A DNA stretch of 64,000 nucleotides from Camelus ferus. Taxonomy: Eukaryota. The notes under the pieces are model-generated. The model searched no databases, was not told where the DNA came from, and was given only the letters and a program-made list of their open reading frames with translations. The position numbers and the translations under genes were made by a program. Positions 13,050-26,899 of this stretch are shown one piece after another (the first letter of the stretch is position 1; each line of letters opens with the position of its first letter). The stretch spans positions 14,572,001-14,636,000 of the forward strand of contig NC_045696.1 of the NCBI RefSeq assembly GCF_009834535.1. The letters are read 5' to 3'.

Positions 13050-13850
13050 TGAGGTCAGTAGTGAGTTTGGTCTCAGAGGATGGAAAGGAGATCCTCGGGA
13101 AGAGAAGGAAGGACTTTCCAGATGATGGGAATGATAAGGCTTTGCTTGAAAAGAAGAAGCAAGCATGATTCTTTTGATAAATGTCCAGGGAGTGAAATGA
13201 TAGTGCATGGTGAGTGAATAGTGTATATGTGAGTATGAGAATATACTTTTTTTCATCAGACAGGGGGGAAATTATAAACTTTCATGTAAGCCATTTTAAG
13301 GAATTTAAGTTTTTTTGGTATATACAACAGTCTGTTTTTAAAGAATTTAAAATTAGACGACTCACAGAGTTAGATGCATATTTAATGAAGATATCCCTGT
13401 TTTCAGTGTATAAGTTGCATTTGAGGGGTCTCAGATTAATTGGTTACAGCGGGTTTTGGGTCTGACATGAGAAAGGGTCAATGTGATAGAGCTGGAGTGA
13501 ATTCCTAAGTCACATGGATCAAAGGTTAAGGAAAACAAAGACAAGGATTGGAGGCAGAGTTCAAGGTTTGTGCTTGGAGAGTATATGAGTGAAATATTAA
13601 CTGAGATGCTGAAGAAAAGGAGACTCTGCCAGTTTAAAGGTGAGCAGGATGGGATGACTTGCCCCATTAGGTAACTGTCAGTACGTGTCTGGATCGCAGA
13701 GGATGGTTAACAACCAGTAAGTAGGAACTGAAGCCATGGGAAAAGGTTCAGTTGCTCAAAAAGATGGCTTTAGATGGAAAAGAGCATTTGGCTTCAGGCA
13801 TAGGAAGATTTTAGAAATAAGTGAGTGAGAGAGGAGAAAGAGCCTGCAAA
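13050..13850 (-). mobile_element. L2 fragments
   Basis: Purine-rich decayed L2 body similar to the segments at 33.5-35 kb and 56-57 kb. Confidence 0.55.
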
Positions 13851-14365
13851 GGAAGCCGGGTATACAAGCAAAAAGAGGATTTCAAGATCACGCTTGATTG
13901 TTTAGAATCGCAAAAGCCTGCATTTACTGGGAAGAGAAAGTCAGGAGATAGGAAAAAGGGGAAATTGACCAATAAAAATTCTCAAAGTAGTGAAAGGAGA
14001 TGAGATCCAAACCCAGACGAAGCTGATTGGCCAGATAAAGTCTCCCTTCCAACATATAATTAAAATATAAACAAAAATAAACCAAAATAAGTCTAAGGTA
14101 GGCCAACACAGTCTGTGGAAGAAAAAAATAAAACATCCCACCCACCACCCCACAAAACAAATTTTGAATCAAGAGAAAATTTATAAAACAGAAATCGTGG
14201 CCTCTATTACTGACTCATACCAGACATAAAAACTTCTCTTCAGTACATGAGATACATGTACATGTATACTTACATCTATTTCACAAACGTATGTATGACA
14301 CATTATAAATATAAATATGTTATAATACATGCATTATATAGAACATATATTATATATGTAATATG

Positions 14366-14406
<41 letters not shown>
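14366..14406. repeat. (TG)n(TA)n microsatellite
   Basis: Read directly. Confidence 0.95.
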
Positions 14407-14409
<3 letters not shown>

Positions 14410-16644
14410 TTTTTGAAACATAATGTCATAAAGAATTTCTCCTCTTATACTTTCTTTGCTTACATCCATAAATCCTGCAGTCATCTTAAAAGGAAGGGGC
14501 CAGTTTTTCTTAAACACTGTAACCTTCTGCTTACATATTTTATTTGGAAATAGTTGGATTAACTTTTCTTATGAAGAAATTTAAAAATAATTTTTCTGTT
14601 AAAATCAGTTTGAATTCTCTATTTAAACATCATATTGAGATTATTGCTCCAGAAAACTACATTAAATATTAAAAATGGCATTTAAATAACTCACTCAAAA
14701 TTAAATAGTGCACTAAAATATGAAGCACTTAAATGCCTTTCATATTTTAATGAATTTAATGTAAATAACTTGTAATTTATGATATACTATGTAGGGTAGG
14801 ATAAGGAATTTTTTAAGTATAAAAGAGGAAACTATGAAGAAAATTAATACGTTAGCAAAAAAGGGGAGATTGAGGTAGGCAAGTTACTTTTTAAGTCTTC
14901 AAACTTTCTTGGTTTTCAAGATGCTTTCCAAATCATAAACACATTTGATGGGTTTTGTAATTCGCTGAAGTGACTGGACTATTTGATAGAATTGTTTACA
15001 ATGAGCACATTGACCCCCTATTTCTTAGCAATCTTTTACTCCCCTCAAACTATATATTTACACATTAAATTCCTGTTAGTAAGGATTTTGGTGACCCCTT
15101 CTTAAAAAGTAAGAGGAAAAGAAGGTAGAGAAAACAGATTTTATTTCTACTCCGAGCTTGATTGCAAATATGCACACCCCAACTACGTAATCCTGAACAC
15201 AAGGATCTCATTGTTTATTTTCATAGTTGCTGCTTTATTTAAAATTTTGTCTCTAAAGTTTATATTTGGCAAGACCAATAATGAAAATAAGCTGGTTTAT
15301 ATTTTTCTTCTTCCAAGGTGTGCATGTGTATGTGTGTGTGGGTATGTTTTAATTCCTTGGGGCTTATCCAGATGAAGGTATCAGTCTTACAGACATGGCA
15401 ACCCACGTAGGAGTGTTTATATACAGTGGGGTGGAGAAGACTGACTATGTCCAAATCCTAATTTAGATCACTTTCACCTTGGTAAAGTTAAAACTGTGTG
15501 ACTCTTTTCAATTTCTTTCCTCCCCCGTCTCTCCTACACTCTCACTCAGAAAAGCATCAGGTTCAACTCAGGTGTACTTATTAATAAAATCCTTCAATTT
15601 CAGGTTTTTAAAAGTCATTGGAAATAGAGCCCATGTCCTTATAAATTTCCACAATAAAACGTTTACTTTTATGAGCTATGTGTACCTAGATGGTGATGTT
15701 ATTGTTGGGGTGGGGGAAAGAAAGAGACCTTTTGGTAACTATGGCAACAGTGATGTTTCAGAAGAAATATGAACTCTTTTTCCTTGAAGAAATTATTTTC
15801 CTTGACTGGTACTTACTGGATCCAAGTCTAGAAAATGAATGGATTTTTTTTTTTTTTAAGATTCACTGTTTTAGTCTTTTTTTTTTTTTTTCTTTTGGAA
15901 ATTGTGTCTCATTCACATCTGACAAAATAAAGGGATTTAATTCGAGGCTGCAGAAATAAAACTGCTGTTGAAATTTACCAGCATCTAGTCCACATGAGGG
16001 TAAGCAACCACAGTAGGTTCCCATTTATCTAAAATTTAAGCCACGATAATTCTCAAACTGATTTTTTTCTTGTTCTTTTTTCCCTAAAAGATACCCAAAA
16101 AGTGAATGTTCTTATTACAGAGATTTATTGCAAAAGCCACTTCTGGTGTCAATCATTATATAATGATTCAAACTAAGTCCCGAATCCTAGTTTTGAACCA
16201 CTGATTTTCACTGCAAAGATTCTGAGATACTATATGACTCTGAATTACCCTCTAAATCACACATTTTTGTTTGACGTAATTTTAAGGCTAAATATGCCTT
16301 ATTAACATATAAAGTTTTTCATAATGATGATAATAAGTATGGTCTGCTTCTAGCCATCGTCATATAAGAGGAGATCTCATTGTGAAATCAGGGAGGAGGT
16401 GATAGCACCAGTTGAAAGAGAGAGCTTAAATAGGACAACAGAATAAAATTTAATGGAACAAAAAGGAGTCAGAGATAGGACAAAAATACTCCATCACTAC
16501 ACAATCAGGCATCAAATTTTAGTGTGCTTGTGAATAAGATCCAGAGTTGGTGAACACATCCATGTACAGTCTGGCAGCAGTGGTAAGATGAGGAAACCGG
16601 GGTGGTTATGCAGTAATTTTATGGGATTTCTATGACTTTTAAAA

Positions 16645-17268
16645 CATTTTTCTTTTATTGAATTATAGTTGACTTACAATATTATGTTAGTTTCAGGTAT
16701 ACAACAAAGTGATTCAGGGATCACTGATTCAGTGATTATATTCATTTTCAGATTCTTTTCCATCACAGGTTTTACAAGATATTGAATATAGTTCCCTGTG
16801 CTATACAGTAGGTCCTTGTTTATCTATTTTATATACAGTAGTGTGTATATGTTAATCCCAGACTCCTAATTTATCCCTCTCCCAACACCTTCTCCTTTGG
16901 TGTCTGTGAGTCTATTTCTGATTTGTAAATAAGTTCATTCGTATCATTTTTTTGTTAGATTCCACATATCAGTGATACCATTTGATATTTGTCTTTCTCT
17001 GTCTGACTTCCCTTAATATGATAATCTCTAGGTCCATTCATGTTGCTGCAAATGGCATTATTTCATTCTTTTTTATGGTTGAATGATATTCCAATGTATA
17101 TATACACCACATCTTCTTCATCCATTCATCTGTTGATGGACATTTAGGGTGTTTCCATGTCTTGACTACTATAAATAATGCTGCTGTGAACATTGGGGTG
17201 CACATATCTTTTTGAATTAGCATTTTCTCTAGATATATGCCCAGAAGTGGGATTCCTGGATCATATTC
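16645..17268 (-). mobile_element. 5'-truncated L1 (ORF2 C-terminus plus 3' UTR) with TSD
   Basis: ORF 17038-17223 (CTPMFTAALF..KTWKHPKCPSTDEWMKKMW..IKKNEIMPFAAT) is the ORF2p C-terminus; TSD ctatgactttt(t)aaaa at 16630-16644 and 17269-17284. Confidence 0.95.
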
Positions 17269-18489
17269 CTATGACTTTTTAAAAGGTTTGATCTTTTGGA
17301 CATTTCACAGAATGTGTAAGCATTGAATTCATCAGAATATTCAGTTGACAAAAAACATCCATTTTGTACTCATTCTAAATAAATTTTTAACATACGTAAG
17401 TATAAATTATCAAATACACACACATGATCTCATACACAAAGATAAACAACTCTCTAAGCATTGCTTCTGCTTGCAAGTAAGTAAGGACAAGGGTTTGCCT
17501 TCATGTCTTTTCTCCATTTAGATTAAAGCTGATGAGACTCAATGCTGTTTGCTACCAAGATAGCTTAGGCGTAACATTCTATTCACAATTTGTTGGGGGG
17601 GAAATGCAAATGTCTGACTCTAATGGTAATTTTCCATTCTCTGCAATAGGTAGAAGAATATGTTTTGACTCATCTTCCTCTGAGTCTTCTTTGTAAGATA
17701 GCTTATTTTCTCCTCCTTGGAGGGGGATAGACAGAAAGAGGGATGATGTTAAATAGATAGATTGATAGATTAATAGGTAGATTTCCTTTAAAATAGACAG
17801 ACATAGAGCAATGCTATTGCAATAGAAATTCCTGAACAAAATTGGACTGTCCTACTAAATGCTTCATTTGCAATTGATTAATTGCCAGCTGATTTTTTTC
17901 AAAAGGGAGCAAGTCCATCAAATCTATCATATGTCTAGCTATCTAACTAGCTATTGATCCATCTATCTGTATCTGAAACTGATTAGGATTATTTACACTA
18001 TTCATGACAGTTTCTTTTTCATTTTCCTTTCTTGTTTTTTCCATTTCTTTTTAAGTCTCTACCATTCTTTGAGTCATCTTGATTTCACATCTACCTAGAA
18101 AGCTCCTATCCATTTTCTAAATCTTTGCCTTAAACCATTCTAAGTATTGCTTCTTTTTGCAATAAAGTAAAGGTAAGGTTTCAGTTCATATCTTTCTCCA
18201 ATTAAATTAAAGTTGTGGAACTCTAATGCTATTTACTATTATGATAGCTTTTGCCTAACATTCTATTCCCTATTCAATCAATGAAATACAAAGGTGGTGT
18301 ACTCTTCCCTCCAATAGGGGTGTGATTGTTTTGATGTCTATCTTTTCTTCTAATTCTTCTTTATACCATAGCTTACTTTTCCCTCCTCCTAATTCTAGGC
18401 TCTCTCTCTCTCCCCACTCTCTCTTGGTCTCTTTCTTTGTACAATAACAGCTATATCAGAACAATCCTCATTTATCTGGAGCCTTTTTT

Positions 18490-18845
18490 TCTTCAAGGAA
18501 GTCATCAAGAGGATGTGACCAAAGGTTGATCCATAAGATGCAGCCAGACAATCAGAGATCCCTCACCTCTTCCCTTGTCCTTGGAATATACATTCCAGCA
18601 GCTGTTTTAAAGACACAGCCTTGAGAGAAGTAATGTGTTATTGAAACCATCCAGACTGAATATGTGACTGAATCCAGTTAAAACCTCTATAAAAACTTTA
18701 AGCTGGTTACAAAGATCTACTGCCTATTAAACTTGCCATCTGTCAATCTGGAGTGATCTGCCTTTTTCTTTGGTCTGTCCTTGCCCTCCATGTATGGGAG
18801 CCAGTTTCAAATTTCACCTGAGGAACTCAAGATTGCAAACCAACA
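18490..18845 (+). mobile_element. ERV1-type solo LTR remnant (MER34/MER39-like)
   Basis: TATA-like ctataaaa, attaaa poly(A) signal, ends ...aaaccaaca. Confidence 0.6.
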
Positions 18846-18859
18846 ATTTTACAAATTCA

Positions 18860-19050
18860 AGTAATAATTTCTAATAATTATACTTTTAAGAGTATATTAT
18901 GTGTCAGATAATGATATTTTGACTTGTCATTATCTCCATTTTAGAAATGAAGAGAAGTAGTTTGTGTGAATTTCCCACCACATTGCTTGTAACTGAATAG
19001 CTAGAATTTTAGAATCCCAGCTGTCTAAGTGCAGAGCTGGTTTGCTTACA
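18860..19050 (-). mobile_element. MIR
   Basis: attatctccattttagaaatgaaga core. Confidence 0.6.
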
Positions 19051-20480
19051 TACCTAAATTCTCACTGAAAGTGAAGGAAGAGTGTTCTTGTATATTCAAC
19101 TGCAGGTATATAAATAATGGGTAAAACTAGATAAAAGTAAGTACGACTGAATTTGATAATAATCATAATTTGCAACTGCAAATTAATTCAATTAAACTAA
19201 TATATCCATGTAAAGACACTTTTTTTTTTCACTTTTTAATGAAATAGTTAAACAACAGGATATTCTCATGTCCACTTGAGGGTTATATAAGTAGAAGAAA
19301 TAGTTGATGGTGGTTAAGGTTGATGATCCGTTTAAGAACTAAAAAGCATGTACGTAACACTAAGTATTAATATAAGGGATTATTTGATCAGTTGCAATAT
19401 CTGAAGATATATTCAGAGCCTGAAGATAATTGTTTTCTTTAGACTGAAGACAGAAAAGTAATGGATGGACTGAAGAAAGGAAATAATAAAAATTCCTTTG
19501 CTGTTTATGTACTTCACTCAGGGGAAATAGTTATTTTAAGATAAACTTTGTCTTTAGAACACATTTAAAGTTACAGAAAAATTGTGAAGTTAGTTACAGA
19601 GATTTTCCACCTATTCCCCATCCAGTTTCCTTTACTATAAACAACTATTTAAGGTCTTTTGTTTTTCCATATAAACTTTAGATACTGTTTTTTGATATTT
19701 ACAAAATGACTTTCTGGGATTTTGACTGAGATTGCATTGAATCTACAACATCAAATAGGGAAGAATTAGCATCTTAAAAATACTGAATCTTCTAAAATAT
19801 GGACATTAAGCATCCCATCATTTATTTTTCTCATCAGCATTTTGTAGTTTTCCATTTATAGGACTTGTACATCTTTGTTAGATTTATATCTAAGAATTTC
19901 TTCTTTTTCATGCCATTGTAAATAGTATTTTTCAAAAATTTCAACTCTCCAATTGTTCTTCACTGATATTTATAAAAACAGTTAACGTTCGTATATTAAT
20001 CTTATTTCCTGAGACTTTGTTATACTTGCTATTAGGTTCAGGAGGTCTTGTTGTTGTGGTTGTTGTTGTTGTTGTTGTTATTTATTCCCTGGTATTTGTT
20101 ACATAGACAATCATGTCATAGGAAAGCAAACCATTTTCTTCCTTTTTTTCTATTTGTAATTTTTAAATTTATTTTCTGTGTCCTATGAATTAGCTAAGAT
20201 TTACAAGATGATGTTGAATAGGAATGTGAGAAAGAATATTCTTGCTATGTTCCCAGTCTTAGAAGAAAAGCTCCCAGTTTCTCAATGGTAAGTACAATGG
20301 CATCTGTAGGATTTGTGTGAATATTCATCAGATTGAGGGAGAGATTTCACCTCTATTCTAGCTTGCTGGAAGTTTTTATTTTGAATAGATTTGGATTCAG
20401 TCAAATGCCTTTTCTGTCTTAATCAATAGGATTATATGATGTTCTTATTCATTAGTCTGTAATGTGGTGGATTACACTGA

Positions 20481-20878
20481 TTTTTTTTGAAGTACAGTCA
20501 GTTGTAATGTGTCAATTTTTGATGTACAGCACAATGCCCCAGTCATGCATATACATACATATATTCATTTTTATATTCTTTTTCATTAAAGGTTATCACA
20601 AGATAGTGAATATAGTTCCCTGTGCTATACAGAAGAAACTTGTTTTTTAAAATCTATTTTTATATATAGCAGCTAACATTTACAAATTTCAAAGAAAGAG
20701 AAAGAAAAATACCAATATGATGTCACTCATATGAGAGATCTAATAGGAAAAAAAAGGGGAAAAAAAGGACACTGTGAACTCATCCACAAAACAGACATAG
20801 ATGTTCAGACATAGTAAACAATCTTATGGTTACCAGGGAAAGGAGATGGGAAGGGATAAAGCTGGGAGTATGAGATTT
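20481..20878 (-). mobile_element. Young L1 3' end with 5' inversion (twin priming)
   Basis: Minus-sense 3' UTR 20481-20692 joined to plus-sense upstream L1 segment 20693-20878; TSD ggattacactga/ggattacattga. Confidence 0.92.
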
Positions 20879-22475
20879 GGATTACATTGACTTTTGAATG
20901 TAAAGCAGCTCTGCCTACCTGAAGGAAGTTCCACTTGACTATGGTATAGAATTCTCTTATATATTTTCAAATTTGATTTGATAATATTTTGTTGAGGAAT
21001 TTTACATACATGCTCGTAAGAGATACTGATCTTTTGTTTTCCATTCTGTAATATCTTTATCTGCTTTTAATATTAAGGTAATTCTGGCTTCATAGAATGA
21101 ATTAGGAAGTGTTCCCTCTGCTTCTACTTTCTAAAAGAGATTTTGGATAATTGATATGATTTCTGTCTTTAAATGCTTGATAAAATTCACTGATGAAATC
21201 ATCTAGGCCTTGAGCTTCCTTATTTAAGGTTATTAATTATGAATTTAATTTATTTAATAACTATAGGCCTGTTCAGACTATCTATTTCCCCTTGTGTGCA
21301 CTTCAGAAGTTTATGCAGTTCAAGGAATTTATCTATTTCAGCTAAATTATCAAATTTTTGGCTATAGAGTTATTCATTATATTTCTCAACATCTATAGAA
21401 AGAGTAATTATGACCCTGGTTTTATTTCAATGTTGGTAATTTGCATCTCTCTTTTTTCTTGTTACTTCTGGCTTGAAGTTTATCAATTTGACTTGTCTTT
21501 TTAAAGGAACAGTTTTTGTTTTGTTGGTTTTCCCTATTTTTTTCCTGTTTCCAATTTCATTGCCTTTTTTATCTGATTTTTCAAATTTCTTTTCTTCTGC
21601 TTGCTTTAGGCTAAATTTGACCTCATATTCGTGTTACTTTAAACACAGATACCTTTTACATTAATTAAGAATGGGCAAAATTAAAGATTTATTTTACCTT
21701 TATTAATGCTCTGACTCTTCCATTTCTTATATAGATTAGAATTTCTGATTATATTTGTTTTCTGTTGCTATTCAGATAAATTAACTGCAAACTAATGCAT
21801 TAGAACAACACAGATTATTGTCTTCTTCTGGAAGTTTTTGTTTTTGTTTTTGTTTTTGTTGTGTGTTTGTGTGTGTGTGAGAGAGAATACAGATGCTAGA
21901 GGTAGTCATGGACATGTCACTCCAACCTTGCTTTCTTTATCCTATCTCCCTCTCTGACTCTTGTCTCCATCTTTTCCTTATTAGGGCATTTGTGATTTGA
22001 TTCATCCTACAGGGCTAATCCACAATAATGACCCCATTTAGAGATTCTTAATCCAATGTGCAACATCTGTTTCACATGTAACGTACATATTCCCCAGTTA
22101 AGAGGATCACAACATATTCCTCTTACCATAGTCTCTCTTCTGGCCCCCATATATTCACATCTGTCATACATGCAAAATACATTCACTCCATCCAAATATT
22201 TTCTGACGTCTCTACAAAATACATACTCAATTTAAGGTTCAAAATCTCGTCTAAATCTCATCAGCTGAAAGTTTCTAATTTAATCACCTAAATCATTTAC
22301 ATCATGTGCAACTTAGACTCTGACTATGATCCATTCTGGGACAAAATTCTCCGTTCATGCATCTGTGAAATCAAAAACATGTGATTTACTACCAAGATAC
22401 AACCATGGGACAGCCATAGAATATCAGCTACAGATACCTCCTTTAAAAAGGGAAGAAAAATGAAAGAAAATTTGT

Positions 22476-22597
22476 GGGGGGAGGACATAGCTCAGTGGTA
22501 GAGTGTGTGCTTATCATGCCCGAGGTCCTGGGCTCAAACTCCAGTAATTCCATTGAAATAAATAAATAAATAAACTTAATTATCACCTCCACAAAAA
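22476..22597 (+). mobile_element. tRNA-Ala-derived SINE (Vic-1-like)
   Basis: ggggaggacatagctcagtggtagag...gaggtcctgggctcaaactccagta...(taaa)n. Confidence 0.92.
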
Positions 22598-23783
22598 TGA
22601 TGTCACTGATCTTAAGACATTTAAAAGTCCAGGTGAGGAAATAACATTAATTTTCAAGGCTTGGGAATAAACTTCTGTGGGATCATGACTCTGCCTGCTG
22701 GGATCATGGCTCCACCCTCTGTGTTTAAATTCTTAGGGCTGGGCTCTGGGCTCAGATTTCTATTCTCAGGATCATCCTCGGTTTTCTGTCTGTTTGTTTG
22801 TTTGTTTCTGAAAAATAGAACATGTTTGCAGCTGAGTTATCTTACCAACCTCTTTTCTAACTATAGAATTTGAGGATTCCAAAGTCCTTCCCTAGTTTTA
22901 TATTTTTTCTGTCTATTTTAGGCCAAGGTGTCAGTGCTTCTGGTGGTATAAATTTATCAAGACCCTTATGGATCTCCTGGATATGTAATGGGGATTTATT
23001 GGACAAGAGGCTTCTCTAAAGATCTTTTTCTAGATAATCTTATTTCTATTTAGCCTCTGCTGAGATGACTGAATGCATTCAGGAGATAAATGATGTCTCT
23101 TCAAAGTAACTTTGGTGTGACACAATTCTGTGAACTTCTGATTTTTCTGAGGTAATAGAAAAATGTCATCAGCCACCTTCTCAGGGTTTTTTTTTCCCCC
23201 CTCTAGATCATGCTTTCCTGATGGTGAAATTCTTAATTTTAAGTTCTTTTTATTCTATATACATGCTTCTCAACTCATCAAGTTTTGGATTCTTTTTGTT
23301 TATCAGTTCTTCTTTCAATGTATCTCTTTCTTTTTGCAATTACCCACAAGCTGTAAGGAGAAATAAGGCCATACCCTCAACACTCTCTTAGAAGTATACT
23401 CAGCTAAATATTCCATTTCATCACTTCTTGCTTAATTTAGCATGTAGTTCATTCATGTTTTCCACCACTGTATAACTCCAACTTCTAATGAAATGTTCTC
23501 ATTTCTTCCTGAGTTTTCACTAGCAGCTCTTAATATACATACCTACCAACAGTTTGTTTATGATGATGTAAGTATTCCCTTAGACAGCACAGGTTTTCTT
23601 TAACATGTTTCTTACTTTATTCTAAGTTTTCTCCAGCACAGTCATTAACATTCATATTTATACTAACAATGTTCAAGACAATCTCAGTGTTTCTATTTAT
23701 GCTTCTTCTTAACATGCTTTTTACATTTACCCATTGCTCCATTCCAAAGTCATTTCCTTGTAAATATTTATTATAACTATCTT

Positions 23784-23784
<1 letters not shown>

Positions 23785-23827
<43 letters not shown>

Positions 23828-23845
23828 CCTACCTACCTACCTACC
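23785..23845. repeat. (TCTA)n(CCTA)n microsatellite
   Basis: Read directly. Confidence 0.95.
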
Positions 23846-24737
23846 TTCCTACTTTCCAGGTACCAAAAATCTGTATTATTATCCAATTGCTGCTTAACAA
23901 ATTATCACAAGCTTAGTGGTTATGGTTATTTACTATCTTGCTGTTTAATTATATTTATTTAAGTAGTTAGATATATTTAGGAGGATAATGTCAAATGTAT
24001 TACCTTACTGCTCTGAACAACAGAAGCCAAAACTGTGTCTTATGGGGCTAAAATCAAGGTTAATTAAAAGCTTCATCCCTCTGAAAGCTCTGGGGAGAAT
24101 TTATTCCTTCCCCTTTCCAGTTTCTAGAGCCTGTTTTCATTCTTTGGCTCATAATCATATATCGCTATGACCACTGCCTCTTTTGTTACATCCTCAACTC
24201 CTCCACCTCCTTCTTCTCCTTGTATTGACCTTTGTGATTGTATTTGATCTAGCTGGGTAATCTGGAAAAATTTCTCCATCTCAGATTTCTTATTTCAGTC
24301 ACATGTAAAAAGTCCCTATTTGTACGTAAGATAACGTATTCACTGATTCAAAAGGTTGCAACATGTATCTCTTTAGACTGTCATTATTTTGTCTGGCATA
24401 CTGACCTATATAATCTTCCTTCTCCATGAAGAATTTTTAAAAACTTTTTGTAGGGCTGGTCTGCTGGTAATGGCTTTCTATTTGAAAAAAAAAAAAAAAA
24501 AAAAGGCTTATTTCCCCCTTTACTTTTGAAGGATAATTTCACTGGATATAAAATTCTAAATTGGTGTCTTTTTTCTTTCAGTACTTTAAATATTTTACTC
24601 CACTGTCTTCTTATCTACATAGTGTCTGATAAGAAGTCAGCTGTAATTCATATTCTTGTTCCTCAATAGGCAATGTTTTATTTTTCTCTCGTCTTTCAAG
24701 ATTTATTTTTGTCTTTGTTTTTCGATGTTTGAATATG

Positions 24738-24753
24738 ATATATATATATATAT

Positions 24754-24796
<43 letters not shown>
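24738..24796. repeat. (TA)n(TG)n microsatellite
   Basis: Read directly. Confidence 0.95.
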
Positions 24797-24801
<5 letters not shown>

Positions 24802-26899
24802 CTGCCTTGCATTCTCCATTCTTCCTGGATCTATGGTTTGATGTTTGTCATAAATTTTGGAAAATTCTTGGCCATTGTTATTTCAAATATTTCTTCTACC
24901 CAAGTCGTTCTCTTTTCTCTGGTATTTTAATAGCGTATAGGCTACATTTTTCAAAATTTCCTCATAATTCTTGAATGTTGTTTTTATTCTTTTTTTCTAT
25001 ATGAATTTTAGTTTTTGAAGTTTCTATTGACATATCTTAAAACTTATCAAATATTTCTTCCACCATGTCCAGTATACTCTTGTACACCAAAGACACTCTT
25101 CATTTATATTTTATGGTTTTTGATTTCTCTTATTTTCCTTTGATTCTTTCTTGTAGTTTTCCTCATACTGCTTACTTTACCCATTCTTCCTGCTTGCTGT
25201 TTACTTTTTTCATTATCTCTTAAAATACTAATCAAAGTTATTTAAAATTTCTTGTATAATAGTTCCAAAATCTATGTGATATCTGAGTCTGGTCCTGATG
25301 TTCGCTTTATCTCCTAAGACTGGGATTTTTCTTATATTTAAGATTTCTTGTTATTTTTTAAAAGCCAGGGTGATAGGAGCTAAGGTAAAAGAAGTACTTA
25401 GTGTGAAGTTTTATAGTAACCTGGTTGGGGTGAAGTCTTTGTGTAATGCTTATTCTTGCATAGATGCCAAAGGCTTCAAATTCCTCTTGTGACTTTATTT
25501 TGTCTCATCTGTTGCCTTAGGGTTCCACTAACAAATCCTCCTCAGATAGGTCCTATGTCTTTTAGTTCTTTCACCTGCAATTCTCTGTTATTATGCTAGA
25601 GCCTTATTTCTGTGGTTATAAGGTGTAGGAGAGGGGAAGCTTTTATAATCTTTTGATACATCTTCATATTTTAGTGAGTTGAGACTGTGTGCTTGGGCTA
25701 TAATCTTTACTAGTGTATCTTACTTGTTTCCCCACTTAAGAGAGACAGGATGGGTAAAAGGGTTTGAAGATGGGAAAATGTTATTTTCACAGACGGCATA
25801 CGTCTGTGGGTAAAGTATTTTTCTCTCCCTATGACTAGAGCTACCAAGGAATCTTTCTTGACTTTTCAGTGTGAAAACACAGTGAGCCTCCTCGAGGTAA
25901 ATCCCCTGAAAGTGTGGCTCATCTCCCTAAGACTCCCCCAGGAGTTTGTCACTCATTCCATATCCAAACTTCAGCAATTCATCAAAATTATCATTTAGAC
26001 ATTCCTACCAGTTTATGGCTCCACTGGCATCTGCTCCAACTAAGCAGATCTCTGCTGTTGATTCTCTGCCTTTACCTTAGATTTCAGGATGGCAGTCTGT
26101 CCTCTAAGTTATAGTCTCTGATGAGTCCAAAGAGGTAATTTATTTTCAGTTTGTACAGCTTTTGTTGTTATAATAGTGAAAGTAAATAAAAACTAAATGT
26201 TTCAGAATATAGACCAAACTTACATTGATCGAATATATTTAAACAATTAGAGTATAAGCTTTAATGACTAAATAAGTTGAAAATGAACTCTAGGGGGAAC
26301 TTTTTATGGTTTATATTTTTCTCTAGTACAAAAAATAAATAATTCTTTGGCAGACTTTTGGTCTAACTTCATTTATCAGGCAGTTCTACCCTGTGAAGAG
26401 TTTTATTTTAAACATATTTTTATATATTTGGTATATATTTTAATAAGTATTCCTGAAGGAAATTGGAGAGAGAGGTATTAACTTAATAGAAAAAAATATG
26501 TCTCAGCAATGTTAATAAATAACTTGTGGGTGAGTTGTTATAGCATTGATCACTAAGGTGTCCAGGAATTTTTCTTCACCTTGACCATGGGCCAAAATCT
26601 CAACCCAAGACACTACTACATCTAATTGGGTTTTTCTCTTATTCTACAGGTTCTTCAGGTTACAGGAATGTTGCTAGAATACTCACTGACCTTCCTTAAA
26701 CTATTAAGGAGAATTTTAACAGGTCCCAGATAGGTTAGGAAAAGTATGAACAAAAATGAGCCTACCATATTCAGAACAAGTAAAATGCTTTAAGAAAGAG
26801 TACATTAAACATGGGCTAAACATGGTAAGTGTTCAAAAATACTAGAGTCAAAATAAAGACAGGCATAAAGCACAGAAAGAACAAAAGAATTCATTCTGG

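Larger units (their letters stand above)
21750..24400 (-). mobile_element. MaLR MLT1 (MLT1D-like) element: LTR 21750-22130, internal 22131-23871, LTR 23872-24400
   Basis: Two related LTRs, gggctaaaatcaagg motif, internal start gatttttggtacc on minus strand, 5-bp TSD ctgat/ctgac. Confidence 0.88.
19530..26170 (-). mobile_element. Old internally deleted L1 (L1MC/L1MD-like) interrupted by later insertions
   Basis: L1 3' UTR at about 19540, antisense ORF2 19650-21650, ORF1/5'-region motifs 24401-26170; host sequence reads through across the inserts. Confidence 0.85.

Noticed and set aside
17038..17223. 61-aa ORF with recognisable protein sequence
   Set aside because: L1 ORF2p C-terminal remnant in a truncated element, not a host gene
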